DNA of 64,000 bases from Isurus oxyrinchus (taxonomy: Eukaryota). Positions within the stretch are counted from its first letter, which is position 1; every line of letters begins with the position of its first letter. Positions 24,401 through 38,399 of this stretch are shown here, piece by piece. Position numbers and translations under genes: made by a program. A model generated the notes under the pieces. That model worked only from the letters and a program-made list of their open reading frames with translations. It had not been told where the DNA came from and did not search any database. The stretch covers positions 15,004,001 to 15,068,000 of the forward strand of contig JANJGN010000033.1 in the NCBI GenBank assembly GCA_026770705.1. Reading direction: 5' to 3'.

Positions 24401-25779
24401 CTCGCTCAGGAAGTCAATTATCTGCGTCGGTGCATCGCCTCACTCTGTCCCCGAGCCATCCCACAATGTGCCACTTTGTGCCAAGAAAAAACACTTCACA
24501 CTTTCAGTGGAAGCATTTGTAAGGACATCGCAGATACTCTTCCTCGGACGTTTCAAATGATACGTGTTTGATTACAAAAGCTGACTTATTCATATTTACC
24601 GCCTCCAGGCAAGTTCAAACCAAACAAATCAGCGATCAGAAGCAAAGTGTGAATTCAATCAAGAATTCCGAAAAGGTTGGTCTCATTATTGCAACATTCA
24701 GCCTCCTTTCAGGCTTTGACAAAAACAACCCACAGCTCATCCTCATCGGGGAAACTCCACCAATGAAGAAAAAGATGAGTAACTTGAGAAGCAAGCAGCA
24801 ACAAACTATGCGACCGTTTTATCCGACCCCCAAATTATGCAGTTCAACGGAACAAACCCTTTGGTGAAGCAGGAAAATGGCGGGAATCGCTGGTGGTTTA
24901 ATTCATGACATGTCCCTGCTCTTACCTCAGAGATTTTATTGGCTTTGTTCAGTCTTATAGCTCTCCCTCACACTCCATGCCCCAGATCTTCCCTATTTAT
25001 AGTTTTTAACTAATATAAATATGTTAGCACTCAGTTAAACAACTCCCTTCACCTGTCCTCCGTTACAATTTAATTAACATGTCGTTAATAAACGTACCTG
25101 CTTCACAATTGTCCCACAAGAACTGTGTGGCTATTGACAAACCAACGCATCAAACCAAACACAACGTTTGGAGGCAACGGCGCCAATACACATCAAATAA
25201 ACCAGGCTCATCCTGTAATATTCAGTTGTAGAAATGTTTAGACGATTATGCTCACTCATTTTCACGAAATAGATGTTGAAATAAATCAATCCTAAAGCTG
25301 GATTATTCTGAGTCGTTCAGAATAACTCAGACCCGGGCTTGCTTTATCAGGAATCTTGCCATACATCACGAATTATATTTCCAATTGTTTCAATCTGGTG
25401 AAAAGCTCATGTAACAATATCCACCGCTCGCAGAGGTCAGACAATAATGTCAGTTACGAATAAACACATCATTATCACTCGGCTTCAATGTCTATACTTT
25501 TGTACAATCTCTCCATACATGCATAGTACACATAGACTTGCTTGGCCAAAACCGACAAACAGTGTTCCAGAATGAGGCAAACCAAGTTGCTGCATACTTT
25601 TAACACAACCTATTCATTTTTAAGTGCAACCGATTTGAGATAAATGAGAAATGTTTATTAGCCTATATCCTTGAGATCTTGTGATCATTTACAGACCATG
25701 TAACATGTGAAGCTCCAATTTTCTGCGGTCTCACGGTTGCTAATATTAGCTTCCGGATAACGTTGCCATATGCAGAGAA

Positions 25780-26880
25780 ATAGGTAAGGCTGCAATCCAT
25801 AAGGAACACATTCCAGCGAATTGGGTGCTGATGATATTTCTTTTTCTTAAAATGCTAATAAAAATATGTGCCGCTGGAAATGCGAAGGTTTATTGCCCAT
25901 GCCTCATTGCTCTTCAGGTAATGGTGATAAATTTACGTAGTGAGCGCAGTGCATTTTTATTGACTAAGATAAGGATCAGAGTGGAGATAATGGAGTTAAT
26001 CGGCGGGGTAAAAATTGGAAGACTGGATGTACAGGAAATGCTGGCTATTCTTTGAAAAGATCCATTGCTTGGGCCAGCTTGCACCACAGCTTAATAGAGG
26101 AAGTAAAGCTGGCGATAGACAAGGGACATGCCACAACTGAAGTGAAATACTGTAAAGATCAATCAGCATGGGATCCAAAAGGGAACGTCATGCTTGACGA
26201 AGCTTATGGCTATTTTTTTGAAGAAGGAACAGGAAGCATGCAGCAGACGAAAAATGTTTGGATTTCCAAGCAGTCTTCATAAGAAATAAAGTAGTCGTCT
26301 CGTGACTCAGGTCAGAATAAGTGAATTTAAATAGAGAGGTTGATGGCAATCTGACTACAAAATTGGAAACGAACAGTCGAGGTTAGAAAATTGTTATTAA
26401 ATTTCTGAAATGGACATGATTTGCTTCCTCAGTGATGGCCCTGGAACCACTGGTGTTCCTGTTTACACGAGAGATTTGCCTCGGGAATCAGAATTACAAA
26501 TTGAAAACTTTCGGAATATAGCAAGTTGTGTAATTAATACTGAGACGGCGTGGGAAGAGGTCCCAGAAGAAATTCATAGAATTTCACGTTTAGATTAGTG
26601 TGGGGTAGTGCTTTTTGACAGGATATTAAGGATGTCGCATACGCATTAGAAATGCGTTAATTGAAGTAAAGGGAAAGGTAGTTCTGGATGTAAAGGTGTA
26701 AACCCGAAGGTCATTGGAACTCGGAATTGTCCGCCACAGTTACATTGAGGTGAATAGTAATGATTCATTTAGGGGAAGCTAGATGAGAATAAATAGGATC
26801 GAAGCATAGACTGATATTTTGATACGGTAGACGGAGAGTGAGACTTGGCCGGTTGCTCTATTGCTGTGTTCTAAATATTT
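25780..26880 (+). mobile_element. Decayed CR1 LINE
   Basis: Residual RT-region phrases ('ctggaaccactg', 'aaactttcggaatatagcaagtt') and CR1-like 3' UTR remnants. Confidence 0.5.
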
Positions 26881-28339
26881 TGCAACTTTTTTAAATCGCT
26901 CGTACATCCAGATGGAGGATAAGGAAGGTGCTATTTACAACCAACAACTGACTTTGAGTGGAAAACAATTGCTTTATTAAAGATTAATAATTTGTCAGAC
27001 ACGAATTTGTCAGGAACAACATTGAATTCCGAATTGAAAAAGTAAGTCGCTAGATGAGCAGTTTTAAGAAACACCAACAACTATTTTAGGATTATAACGC
27101 TGCAGACCGATATGAAATAAAGTAGTTTTAAATTGAAAGGTAAGGAAAATAATTTGATTTGTTTTAAATCCCTTCGCTGAAACATTGTTATTTGATTCCC
27201 GTCACATTCTTTTCGGAAAAAAACTCGAATTGTTCAGACTTCTCCTGTGTCATGAATATTTTCTCCTGAATAAGAGATAGCGGTTCCCTCACTGAGTGGG
27301 GAATTCGAGACCGTTGCACAGGATGTGATGAAAAAAACATTGCGCTTCCCTTTGCAATCGGCACTGGCATTCAACAATAACAACTCACATTCATTTAGCG
27401 CCTTTTTGCAAAACGTCCAAAGGTTGGCAGCACTGTAATCATTTGAAGTTTGACAACAAACTATGCAACGAGGTATCAATCCAGATGGTCAACTGTGTTC
27501 TCTCAAAGAGGCACGTTTCGAGGACCAATTAAAAGAGGAAATAGAGGGGTGGGGAGATTTAAGGAGCACAACAATTGTTCGCACATCAAAAGCAGGGATG
27601 CACAAGGAACGGGAATGGGATGAATAGCTGGAACTCAGAATATTGTCGGGCTGTCGATGATTAGACAAATATGGAGGTAAGGGACCATGTGGACATCTTA
27701 AACCAAGGATGGGAAGTTTAAATCGCTGTGTTGCTCAGGCGAGTGACAATATAAGTCAGCGCTGGCAGGGATGATGAATTAACGGGACTTCGTATTTTTG
27801 GTGTCACACAGGACAGCAAAGTGATGTAAATACTGGTTCAGCCGAATACAATATCTAGTGAGAATGTTGAAATCGCTGTGGAGGGATATTACATTGTTGT
27901 GAAGCACAAAGATGATCATTTTCCTCCTTCCAACATTCCTTTTCATGCAATGTCTGCTCATTCAGTTCAGGATGTTGGAGGGAAAGTCTCTCAGTGTGTA
28001 GACTTCAAAGGGATCGGGAGGAGTTAGTGGTGTGGTCGAGACGGGTCTAGTCACCTTGCACGTGGTTCTATTCATTCCAATTCCCCTACTAGGGAAATTA
28101 AATTTCTCCCTGTTCCTTTCTATGGAATAACATCTCACTCATCTCAATCATATCAGCCTTCAATCCCCTGTACCCTGACGTAGCTTCAGACCATGTCGCT
28201 GAGTAGGGGAGTGTAGCTGAAAAATGGGAGACACTCAGGTCTAGATTCTTGGGCTCATCCAAGGTAACGGCAGAGGAGCGGGGCTGCATGGTGTCATTGT
28301 GGATTAGGATGTTAATTGAAATTTTGTTATGGGATGTAG

Positions 28340-28790
28340 CGGGGCAGAAAACAAACTGGGGTGGGAGTTCCAGGATTTTGACCCAGTGACAATGAAATAA
28401 CAGCGATATATTTCCAAGTCAGGATGATGTGTGACTTAGAGGGGGGCCTACTGGTGGTGGTGTTCCCATGTATCTGCTGCCCCTGTCTCTCTAGATGATG
28501 ACAGACCTGTCTAAGGAGCCTTGGTGAATTCCTGCAGTGCATCTCGTAGATGGTACAGACTGCTGCTACTGTGTGTGGTGGTGGAAGGAGTGAATGTTTG
28601 TGCATGTGGTACGAATCAAGTTGGCTGCTTTGTCCTAGAAGGTCTAACATTTCTTGAGTGTTGGGGCTGTACTCATCCAGGCAAGCTGCGAGTGTTTCCT
28701 CACACTCCTGGCTTTTGCCTTGTAGTTCGTGAGCAGTATTTGTGGAGTCAGGAGGTGGATTACTCGTCGTACTATTCTGAGCGATGAAAG
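28340..28790 (-). mobile_element. CR1/L2-group LINE 3' fragment
   Basis: HTVAAVCTIYEMHCRNSPRLLRQ..GNTTTSRPPSKSHIILTWKYIAV in ORF 28327-28989. Confidence 0.8.
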
Positions 28791-29610
28791 GGAACATAGC
28801 ATGTATCAGATGAAGTTCGGTGCAACAGAATGTGAATTGATTCATCTTCTGTAGAAATAAAACGGAGAAACATTGCAAAGAAAAGTGTACAAATCTAAAG
28901 GAGGTGCAGGAGCAGATGCACCAGAGTATTTTTGTGCAGAAGGCATGGATATTGGCTGGACAACGATTATTAGAACATAAAGAATCCAAGGCTTTATTAA
29001 TAGTGGTAGAGTGTCCAAGAGCTGAAGAGGTTATGTCGAACTGGCATAAGGCACTACTTCAGCCTCAACTGGAGTTTTGCACTCAGTTCTGGATGCCACA
29101 CCTTAGGAAGGATGGGAAAGCATTGGAGAGAACACAGGAAACATTCATTAGAAAGGTTCTAGAGATGAGGAACTACTGTTATGAAAATATATTGGAGAGG
29201 TTAGGACCGTTTTACTGGAGAAAGGAGGGAGGATAGAAATTAGATAGAGGTATTCAAAACCATGTGGTGTCTGGCCAGAGTAGATAGCGGAGTATTCCCG
29301 CGGGTGAAAGTATTTAGAACAAGAGGAAACTCATTTCTGTAATTGCCAAAGGAAACAAAAGTGATATTAGAAAATGAACATATTCATGCACCTCGTGCTT
29401 CAGGTCTGGAATAAACAGCCTGAGAGTGTGTCGCATGCACGTTGAATCTAAGTATTCAAAAGGGAATTAGATTCCTCACTGCAAACAAAATATGCACAGG
29501 ATTACGGGGAGAACGTGGGAGAATGGCCCCAAGGGAATTGCTCATTAAGATACCCGCTACAGGCAAGATAGGCAGAATGGCACTCTTCCATCCTGTAATG
29601 TTTATGTTCT
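28790..29610 (+). mobile_element. CR1 LINE 3' end
   Basis: KALLQPQLEFCTQFWMPHLRKDGKALERTQ..YENILERLG in ORF 28904-29236, followed by a CR1 tail. Confidence 0.88.
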
Positions 29611-29634
29611 TCTCTGAATTATGTATTTTCATTA

Positions 29635-30420
29635 GGGCTGAATCTTCCCGGCCATTTGGGGATGGTCTGATCCATGAGATGAGTGTAGGAGAATATTGGG
29701 TTGGGAGAAGTCAGGATAAAACCTGACATATCCATAACACTGCTAGATATTCCTGAGAACAGTTGATCTGGAGGAGAGGCATCACATCTGACCGCAGCAG
29801 GAAGATACTTAAGCCACTTCCAACAAGGTTGTGTTTTTTTAAAAAAAACTTACGAGGTTTGAGTGGGAACCACGGAGTTTCAAAGCCCCACTGGTGGAAA
29901 GTAAGCAGGCACGCTAGAGTACAGTGCTAGCTTTCTCTCAGAACCATCATGCGAAGCAGCATAGTTTTTTGGGAAGAGTGAAACAGTAGACAGTAGAAGG
30001 CATGATTGGTAGAATATGGTAAGCATTTCCGGAGCGTGCTGACAGAATCCCAACTGGGAAGGGGCACTTGAGCCTAATAAACAGAAATGTGGATACAGTT
30101 GTGGGAGCTGTTTAGTAAAATGTACTGGAAAATAAGAGAGGCCTTATTGACACAAACTTCAGGGCCGCCATTGAAGAGCAGGAGGAGATGCATGGAGGAA
30201 GAGCATTGAGCAAGAGAAATGCACTCACAGACAGTGAAGAACAGCATTCTCAGTGCCCTTATGTTGAGGGTTACGGTTGTAGGCTGATGGTCCAGGCTCC
30301 TCTGTGTTGAAGTGGCCATCCATCAAAGAGGGTGTACCATCAGAAGCTCAGCTGGCTTCGAATGGCTATGCATTTGGGCACAAAGAGCTTAAACTAAAAG
30401 ATTTGCAGTTGGCATTAAAA
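29635..30420. mobile_element. Possible internally deleted Harbinger element
   Basis: Begins 'gggctgaatcttccc' (Harbinger-like terminus). Weak Myb-like (+) and transposase-like (-) remnants. Confidence 0.3.
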
Positions 30421-30429
30421 TTGGAAATG

Positions 30430-31270
30430 TTGGAAATAATGAAGAGGATAGCAACAGACTATGGGATGACACAGACAGATGAAATAGCCAAATGCATGGA
30501 ACATGAAATTTATCAGAGACGAGTATGAAATGATGCAATTTAATACGAATAATGGAGAGAAGCAATTGGAATCCAATGGGCCAATTATAAAGAGAGTGCA
30601 GGTTGATACAGTAGTTTACACATCCATAGACACACTCACACATTCGAAAATGACACGACAAGGTAGGATGAGAAATGAAATAAGTACAACCTTTGGCTTC
30701 CTCGATAGGAGAATAAAGCAGATAAAACAAAGGTGTTTAACTAGTTAGCACTCAGCTCGCGTATTTGGTCCAATTGTGAGAAACATAGTTTAGGAGGATG
30801 TCCAGGCCTCAGCGATGGTACAGAGAAGTTTTCTACAATTGTGCCAAAGTTGGGCGACGCCAGGCAGGAGCAGAGACTGAGAATCATTCTCCTCACAGCA
30901 AATCAAGGGGATAAAAGATTACATACATTTGTTCAAAATAGTGAAAGTTATAATAAATCTGATTTCTTTTTGGACGACAAAAGGATGGGAAAGAGAGGCC
31001 ACAGGTGATTTGCAAAAGAAGCAGAGATATCACTGTGAAACGTTATTATGCTTCGAGAAATGTTTTGGAATGCTTTCTCTCAATGGACGTTGGAAGCACA
31101 TTCATTTTTAATTTTCAAATGTTAATTGAGTGAAGACTTGAAGGAAGCAAAATACCGGATTAATGAGAAATAGTATGTTAATGTTTAAATCGGATAGATC
31201 TCCAAAAGGGGCTGAGCAGCATGATTGACTGCATCGCCCCCTACTGTGCTGTAGCTTTCCAATTCATGAC
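30430..31270 (+). mobile_element. Decayed CR1 LINE 3' end
   Basis: 'gatgcaatttaatacgaataat', 'ttagcactcagctcgcgtatttggtccaatt' (PQLEYCVQFW-like) and a CR1-type tail. Confidence 0.6.
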
Positions 31271-32419
31271 ACAGTTGTTACGATCCCAGATCAGAACATA
31301 CAGCCCTTGCCCCTCCTTTTATCACAATGTAGTTAGTGAAGAGTTAACTTGTTTTAAATTCCGAATTTATAATTGATTCGCTTCTGGGCAAAGCCTCATA
31401 CCTATGAAGGACCGTAGTTTTAACCACCTCATCATCTGAAGATTGGCGATCCCAAAAGATCAGAATAAACATCCCTTGCTTTCCCCACAAAAGTGCTTTA
31501 TAAAATAAGAGTAAACATGTCCCTTGCCCACCTTTGTATCGTAGTCACTTTTTTTTTGAAAGATCCCTCAATCCCATCCTTATTGAATTTAGGCACTGAG
31601 CAAAAACTAATTTCAATAGCAACGGTGTGCAGGCTTCACTGACAGATAACAATATGTGGAGTCAGTACAAAGAGCAGGACAAATCCGAAGTGCAAATTAC
31701 GGTTCCATCCAATTGTAGGGGGCAGCATATTAATATGGGTCGAGGATTGGTGAGCAAACAGGAAGAAATGAATGGGGAAAAAAGAGTCATTTTCAGGTTG
31801 GCAAGTTTTAATTAGTGGAGCACTACAGGGGTCAGTGTTTCCCTCTCAAATATTTATTTATCTATAGTATGTAAAGAAAAAGAGAGAGCACGCAAAGAGA
31901 GAGAGTGAGAGTAACACGTTTAAGCTTAACTAAATAGAAAATAAAATTACATTTTTACAAGAGAAGGCGATGATGAGTGTCACGCAAATGTAATAATTTT
32001 CGTAATATTGTTGCAATTTATTGCAAAGAAAATTTAATAGCGGGGTTTGGATTACTTTCTGCGTATAGGTGTGTGTGTGGTTTTTAATTGAATTGCAGTC
32101 TGTGTGCTTTGACGTTTCAGACTGGAAACTAAGTTGGAAACGATAAATACGTTAACATGGTTGAAGTTTAAGAATGGGAGGCGTGAAAAACATATACATT
32201 TTTAGTTAAACCCGAGTAGTGAATTTGAAAGAGATGGTAATCTGACCAACAGCGGCTAAGCCAAAGAGTATGTTTCATTTTGCGAAAGGTTGCTGATAAT
32301 ATGAGTGCTATGAAGGATTTACGTTATGAAAAATGTACAGTTGCACAGACATATCTGGTCAATAGGATTTAAATTGAAAACCATCTGCACGATGAGCTTT
32401 TACTTTCCTCAATAATTTT

Positions 32420-32942
32420 TGATCCCTTCATCTGTAGCATATGTGATTCCTTCAAGGAACTCCAGTAAATTGTTTAAACATGTTTTCACTTTCAAAAAAT
32501 CATGTTGGTTCTGCCTGTTTGCCTTAAATGTATCGAGGTTGCCTGCCATAACATCTTTAACAATAGCCCCTAACAATTTCCCGATGACAGATGTTAAGCT
32601 AACTGACCTCTAGTTTCCTACAGCCTGCCTCCCGCTCTTTCTGACTAAGGAGGTTGCATTTGCTGTTTTCCAATCTACTGGAAAGTTCCCCCAATCTAGG
32701 TAACATTGAAAAATTAGGACCCAAGTATCAAATATCTCCCTAGCCACTTCTTTTCTGACTATAGGATGAAGTCCACCAGGCCACAAGGACTTGTCAATCC
32801 GTAGCTCCAACAATTTGCTATGTTTCATTTCCCTGGCGAATGTACTTTTGCTAAGTTCCACCCCAACACTCCCCACCCTCTTGCACCCACCCTCCACCAG
32901 CACTACTTTCTAATTTTTGATATGCATCTGTTTCTGGGATAG

Positions 32943-32980
<38 letters not shown>

Positions 32981-34420
32981 CTTGACGGCGCAGTACCGAT
33001 CCCTGTGGTGCTCCACTAATTAAAGCCTGCCAGCCCGAAAATTACCCTGTTATATAGTGAAGACCAATACAAAATACCTGTTCAATTCATCTACCTCCTC
33101 GATTTTTTGTTTCCATTATTGATTCTCCAGCCTCACTTTCTATTGCACCAACGCTCACTTTGTTAACTCGCTAATTATTCAAATATCTATAGAAAGTCTT
33201 ACGAGCTGTTTTGCTTCTAGCTAGCTTTCTCTCCTACTCCATTTTTTTCCTCCTTTTTTACTCTTTCTTTGCTGTTCTTGTCCAGTCTTCTGACTTGCTA
33301 CCCGTCCTTCTGCAATGATATGCCTTTTCTTTAAATTTGATACTACCTTTATTTTTTTTAGTTACCCATGGATGATGCACCCACTGCTTTGAATTGTTTT
33401 CTTTCTGGTTGGTATGTATCTATTCTGATTATTGTGAGATCCCTTTAAATACCTGCCAATACATTTTGGTTGACTCACCCCTTAACCTCATTTGCTAGTT
33501 CACTTTACCTCGTTCTCCTCTCATGCCGGCATAATTTCCCACTAGTTAAGCTTAAAATACTAGTCTTGGGCGCAGTCTTCCCTTACTGAAACTAAATGTG
33601 TAATTTACTCATCTTAAGTGCGCTGCTACCGAGGGGCGCACTCACTCTGAGATCACGAATTAATCCTGTCTCATTGCACAATACAAATATACTATATATA
33701 TTCTCGTTTTGTCTCCAGAACGTGCTGTTCTGAGTAAGTAGCGCTAAAACACTCTAAGATCTCCTCTTCTAGGGTGCATTTTCCCCTCTGATTTATCCAG
33801 CCTGCATTGAGATTAAAATCCCCCATGATTATCACCGTAACTTTCTGTCAAGCTCCTATTATTTCTCCCTTAACACTCCGACCTACGATCTGGTTACAGC
33901 TAAGAGATTTGTACACCACAAATGGCTTCTTGCCTTCATCATTTCACATATCTAAACAAATCTTCTCTACAGCCTGGTTTCCTGAACTTAGATCATCCAT
34001 GCCTATTGTGTTCATACCATTATTTATTCAATGAGCCGACCGCCTCTCCCACTTTTCCTAGCTTCCTCTCTTTCCTCAATTTCATGTAGCATTCAATATT
34101 CAGGTCCAAAACTATGTCATCCGAGAACCATGTCTCTGTGCTACCTGTTCGTACTTATTTTTAGCAATTTGTGTTGTCAGTTCATCTGTTCTTATACGAG
34201 TGCAACATGCATTTAGATGCAGAGCCTTTCGCTTTGCCCTTTTATTAACTTTGTAAAGTTTAGCCTTACCTGCTGATCTATCCTGAACTTTGTACTCTCT
34301 GTCGCTTCTTGTCACGGTCGGTTTATCATTCCCATATCAATAATTTTCTCTCTTGCCTTATCTCTGCACTTCGATTTACTGAATCTTCCCAAATTTGACC
34401 CCATGTTCCCACTGCTACCT
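32420..34420 (-). mobile_element. CR1 LINE (endonuclease to RT), decayed
   Basis: PGGLHPIVRKEVAREI..LIFQCYLDWGNFPVDWKTANATSL..GN (32610-32903). KALHLNA..IRTDEL endonuclease start (34112-34315). Confidence 0.88.
32946..32975. repeat. (TA)n microsatellite
   Basis: About 15 perfect TA units. Confidence 0.95.
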
Positions 34421-34439
34421 TAAACCCACTCAACACTCC

Positions 34440-37400
34440 TTGGCATGCGGCTGGGGAAAACTTTGGACTGGGAGGGGCAGGACCAGTCATCCATGGACAC
34501 ACCACAACAATGGCGAAACTCAGAAAGGGGTTCTGCACAGTCACTGTGATTAACTCGGCACAAAATTAAGGAGCAGAACATCAAATGTAATCATTTCTGG
34601 ATTATTAGCAAATTGGCATGGTGCAAATAAGATTTATGAAATGAATGCGTGGCTCAAAGGCTGGCTTGGGAGAGGTGGGTCAGTTTAAGACGGTCCCAAT
34701 GGCACAGATCCCACTTCTCTCAACACAGGTACCAGCGCACCTGAAACCGGAAGCCACTCCTCCAGCATTCCACTGAATCTTGTAGAGTCAATAGTTTCAG
34801 TTTTTTTTAAAGCTTATTCAAGAATGTGTGTGGCTGATAATTCCAACATGTATTGCCAAATTCCAATTGACCTTGGGAACATGAAGGTGAGCTGCCTTCA
34901 GGAGCGCTCTAGTCCGTGATGTGCTCAGACTGCTCTTCAGTAGAGAGCTCAAGGGTTCTGACCCGGTGACCATGAAAGTAAAGTGACACATTTTTAACCA
35001 AGTGTGACTTGGATTTGCAAGATGCCTTGGAAGAAGAAGATTTCGGCAGATGAGGAGGAACAATGATAGCCATGGTGCAGGCAGCAGGACTTGAGATTCC
35101 TGCAGCAATGGGACCAGAGGCAACTATTCAAACGGGGCAGGCTGCATCTCAGCAAGATTATGACGAATGCTCTCTCAGGGAAGGTGGGGGGCGGTGTTCA
35201 AAGATGTGGTAGGGGCGGTTTAAAAGTAAATTGACTTGGCAGTGGTCACTAACACCTAGAAGAAGAAAATAAGAATAAGCTCCTTAAAGGAGTGAAATTT
35301 TGGATAATAGTAGAAAAAACTAGCGCCATTTTAGGTAACAACAGACGAAGAGGGGATACAATGACAGGTTTTGAATGCATGTGCATTATCGTGCAAATTG
35401 CATGACATAAGATTGCTAGGCTAACATCAAAAATGGCAGTTTTAGCATATAATGAAGTGACAATATTCAGGGGTTTTAAAATATCTGTCCTAAAGATCTG
35501 AAACTGAAGAACACGTAAAAATAGACGTGGGGATAGCAGTACTGATTAAGGATGCATTTGGGAAATAGAGGATTTTCTGACCGGTCCAGGAGAAATTCAA
35601 TTTGCCTAAAGTTGAGGAGCAGAAATGGCATGGTCATGCTACTAGAGGTATCCCAGAGGACTTCAAATAGTTTGTGCCCATGTGTGCGCGTGTGTTTGTG
35701 TGTGAGAAAGAGAGAGAGAGATAGAGAGACAGAGAGAGAGACAGGGAGAGAAATAATCAAATCGAGAGGGAAATCAAAGAGAGGTGCAAGTATTATAGCA
35801 ATACCGGGGACTTAAATAAACAAAGGTTGTTTGGAATAATGTAATAGTAAAGGCGAAGGAGGTGGTAGGATTTCTGAAATCCCCTAAAGTATTTTCACAA
35901 TCTCTATCGAGGAAGGAGGTGTGACTGGATCTTGTGCTGCGATATTATGTGCGCCAAACGAATCAAGTGTCTGGGTGGGAACGCCTAATTAAGAGCGATC
36001 ATCGCATTATAGGGGGTTAGGTTAATAATGGTGAAGAGCACAGAATAATTCAAATAGAACGGAGGAATAACTTTAATGGATGAAAGAGATATAGTCAGCG
36101 TAAATTGGAACCAATGTCTGGCAGAGTTTAAAAGAAAAGCTGTGACGAATTAGGTGATCTTTAAAGAAGAGGTGATTCAGGTCAACGGTGGATACATTCC
36201 AACAACGGCTGAAATTCGTGAGTTGCAAAACCAGGGATGCTGGATTAAGAGGGAGAAGAAAAGTGTGAAGAAACAAAAAAGAGGATTGTGATGGATTTCA
36301 GGTTATCTAGTCAAGTGAGAATCAGGTAAAATAAAATGGGTTAAAAGAAGAAATGAAGATTAAGGTAAGACTGACAATGAAACAACATGCGGGTAGAATG
36401 ACAGTTAATATAATATTTTGCCAGCATGCAACAAGGAGGCAAATGGCATGAGATGCCCTGGTCCCTATAAAGTACCAGGAAGATGCTATATCCTTAGAGG
36501 TACATGGCACTGCTACAATACTTAATAACTACTTTTTACTGATTTTCATCGGGGAATAAAATGCTGTTCAATTATCGGCGGAAACAGGGTAACTGGAGAA
36601 TATGAAGGCTGATAAGCAGGATGTATTGCAAAGACTTAGAGTAGGTGGGTTGCTTGGCCCATATGCCTTGCCTCCCAGGCTACTAAAGGAAGTGGGAGCA
36701 AAATTAGCCAAAGGACATGCCAGAATGTTCTAATCTTCTTAGTGAGGTAAAGTATTACAAAGAGCAGTCTTCATGAATTCACTTGTGCAATCTTGATTTT
36801 ATTTGAAGAGGTAAGAGAGACGCTATATTACGTTGATGTAGCAGAATTATAGATATATTTGCATTTCAAAATAATCTCCGATAGGGAACAGCATAGTCGT
36901 CTCATGAATAGGATTAATATTTGTGGAGTCAAACGATAAGCGGAAGAATGAATAGTAATCTAGCTTCAAAATCGGAAGCAAAGGGCGGACGTTAAAAAAC
37001 CCTTACTCAGATTGGAAAATTCAGGTACTTCTGTTCAACAGGTGTCGGTGCTGGGACCACTGCTGTTTGTATTTACATGAATGATTTGCAACCGGGAATC
37101 AAAATTACAAATTCAGAAGCTGTGGATGAGAACCAATTGTGGAGTTAACGCTGAGGAAGGCTACTATAAGACCCATGAAAAAATTAATGCACCTGCACAA
37201 TGAATTTAACATAGATTAAGCTGAGATAGTGTATTTTTGGCTGGAAGAAGGGAAGGTTACATACGCGTTAGAAGAATATCGCGACTTGAGTTACCGGAGC
37301 AGAGGGACCTGGGATTAAAATCAAACGTTAGTTAGAACGTGAAAGCCCTAAAACAAGCAATAGCTGAAGGGAATAGTTTTTTTTTATTCTTTAAGGGGAA

Positions 37401-37500
37401 GCGATATAAACACTGAAGGGATAAAGCAATATAAGGCTATATTTTTGCCGTAGGTGAAGACGTGTGAGAAAATACTGAGTGGGATATTCCTGTGTTGCAA
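34440..37500 (+). mobile_element. Near full-length decayed CR1 LINE (ORF1 esterase-like, endonuclease, RT), with a nested LINE tail at ~34810-35030 and a (GT)(GA) microsatellite at 35680-35750
   Basis: LGTKLRSRTSNVIISGLL-type ORF1 fragment (~34553-34608), PRLLKEV (~36675) and QVSVLGPLLF (~37040). Confidence 0.7.
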
Positions 37501-37879
37501 ATACTTGGTAACATTTTTTTAAAAATAGCACTGTGTACATTTTGCTGGACATTGCATGTACATGAAGGTGTTCTTGAATATATAACATAATGACGATGGA
37601 GTGTAAAGGAGAATGTAATTTGCAATGGAATGTTCACATTGAATTAAAAACAAACGCTTCATAAATCAACAGAGTAACATGTGAGAAGCTAAGCAGAGAG
37701 ATCAACCTAATTCAAAAGGGAAGTTCAGGTTCAGTTGCAAGGAAAACGAATCTTGACATGGAGGGCTGGAACACAAAAAAACGGATAAAGAATACATTAA
37801 ACATTGCGATTCCTCTTCGAAAAAGGAAACACTTTGGAAGGTTATAAACTTTAAGGGGAAGACCGTGGTTTAATGGAAA

Positions 37880-38240
37880 CATCCCAGAGTTGATAATCCA
37901 GAAGCACAGACTGATGCCCTGCGCACATGGGTTCAAATCCCATATTGGAAGGCGATCGAGTTTAATTTCAATTCAAAGTATTCTTTAATTGAATGCTCTT
38001 AGTAACGGTTACCGTGGAAATGTCATCATTTGTCGCAAAATCCCATTTGCTTCACTAATTCCCTTTCGAGAGGGAAATCTGCCATGATTACCCGGTCTGC
38101 CATACATATGACTCCAGAACCGCAGCTGTTTGAAATGGCCCAGCAAGCTACCCAGTTCAAGGGAAATTAGAGATGGGTATCAAATCCTGGCTTTGCCGTG
38201 ATGCCCACACCCCATGAATGAAAGAGAGAGAATAAAAAAA
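37880..38240 (+). mobile_element. tRNA-derived Deu-domain SINE (SacSINE1-like)
   Basis: B-box 'gggttcaaatccc' (~37929), 'ttcactaattcccttt..agggaaatctgcc..tacccggtctg', and tail 'gatgcccacaccccatgaatgaa' with an A-rich end. Confidence 0.8.
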
Positions 38241-38399
38241 CACTCTCCTGGGTTTCTGGTATTTCATGTCGATCATGATGCTTTCCAAAATAAAATTAGA
38301 ATTGTTTCAACGTCCCCAGTGGTGGGAACTCTTTCAACTAAATTGGAGATATTGGCTTCCGAGTCCATTGAGAGATTCCAATCCGTGGTAAGGAAAGAG

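Larger units (their letters stand above)
20330..24900 (+). mobile_element. Decayed RTE-clade LINE, interrupted by two nested LINE insertions
   Basis: Endonuclease-like AVIDMEVEKLNTDISPLQ..FIWQG (~20990-21112). RT C-terminal LSKRAWRISNLTENTKVCVHKACIFSALTYSSKAWKTY (23029-23253). Outer limits approximate. Confidence 0.7.

Noticed and set aside
28327-28989. 220-aa ORF on the minus strand
   Set aside because: Chimeric read-through across two adjacent LINE fragments.
37915-37950. tRNA gene suggested by GGTTCAAATCCC
   Set aside because: This is the B-box of a SINE head, and no cloverleaf can be formed.
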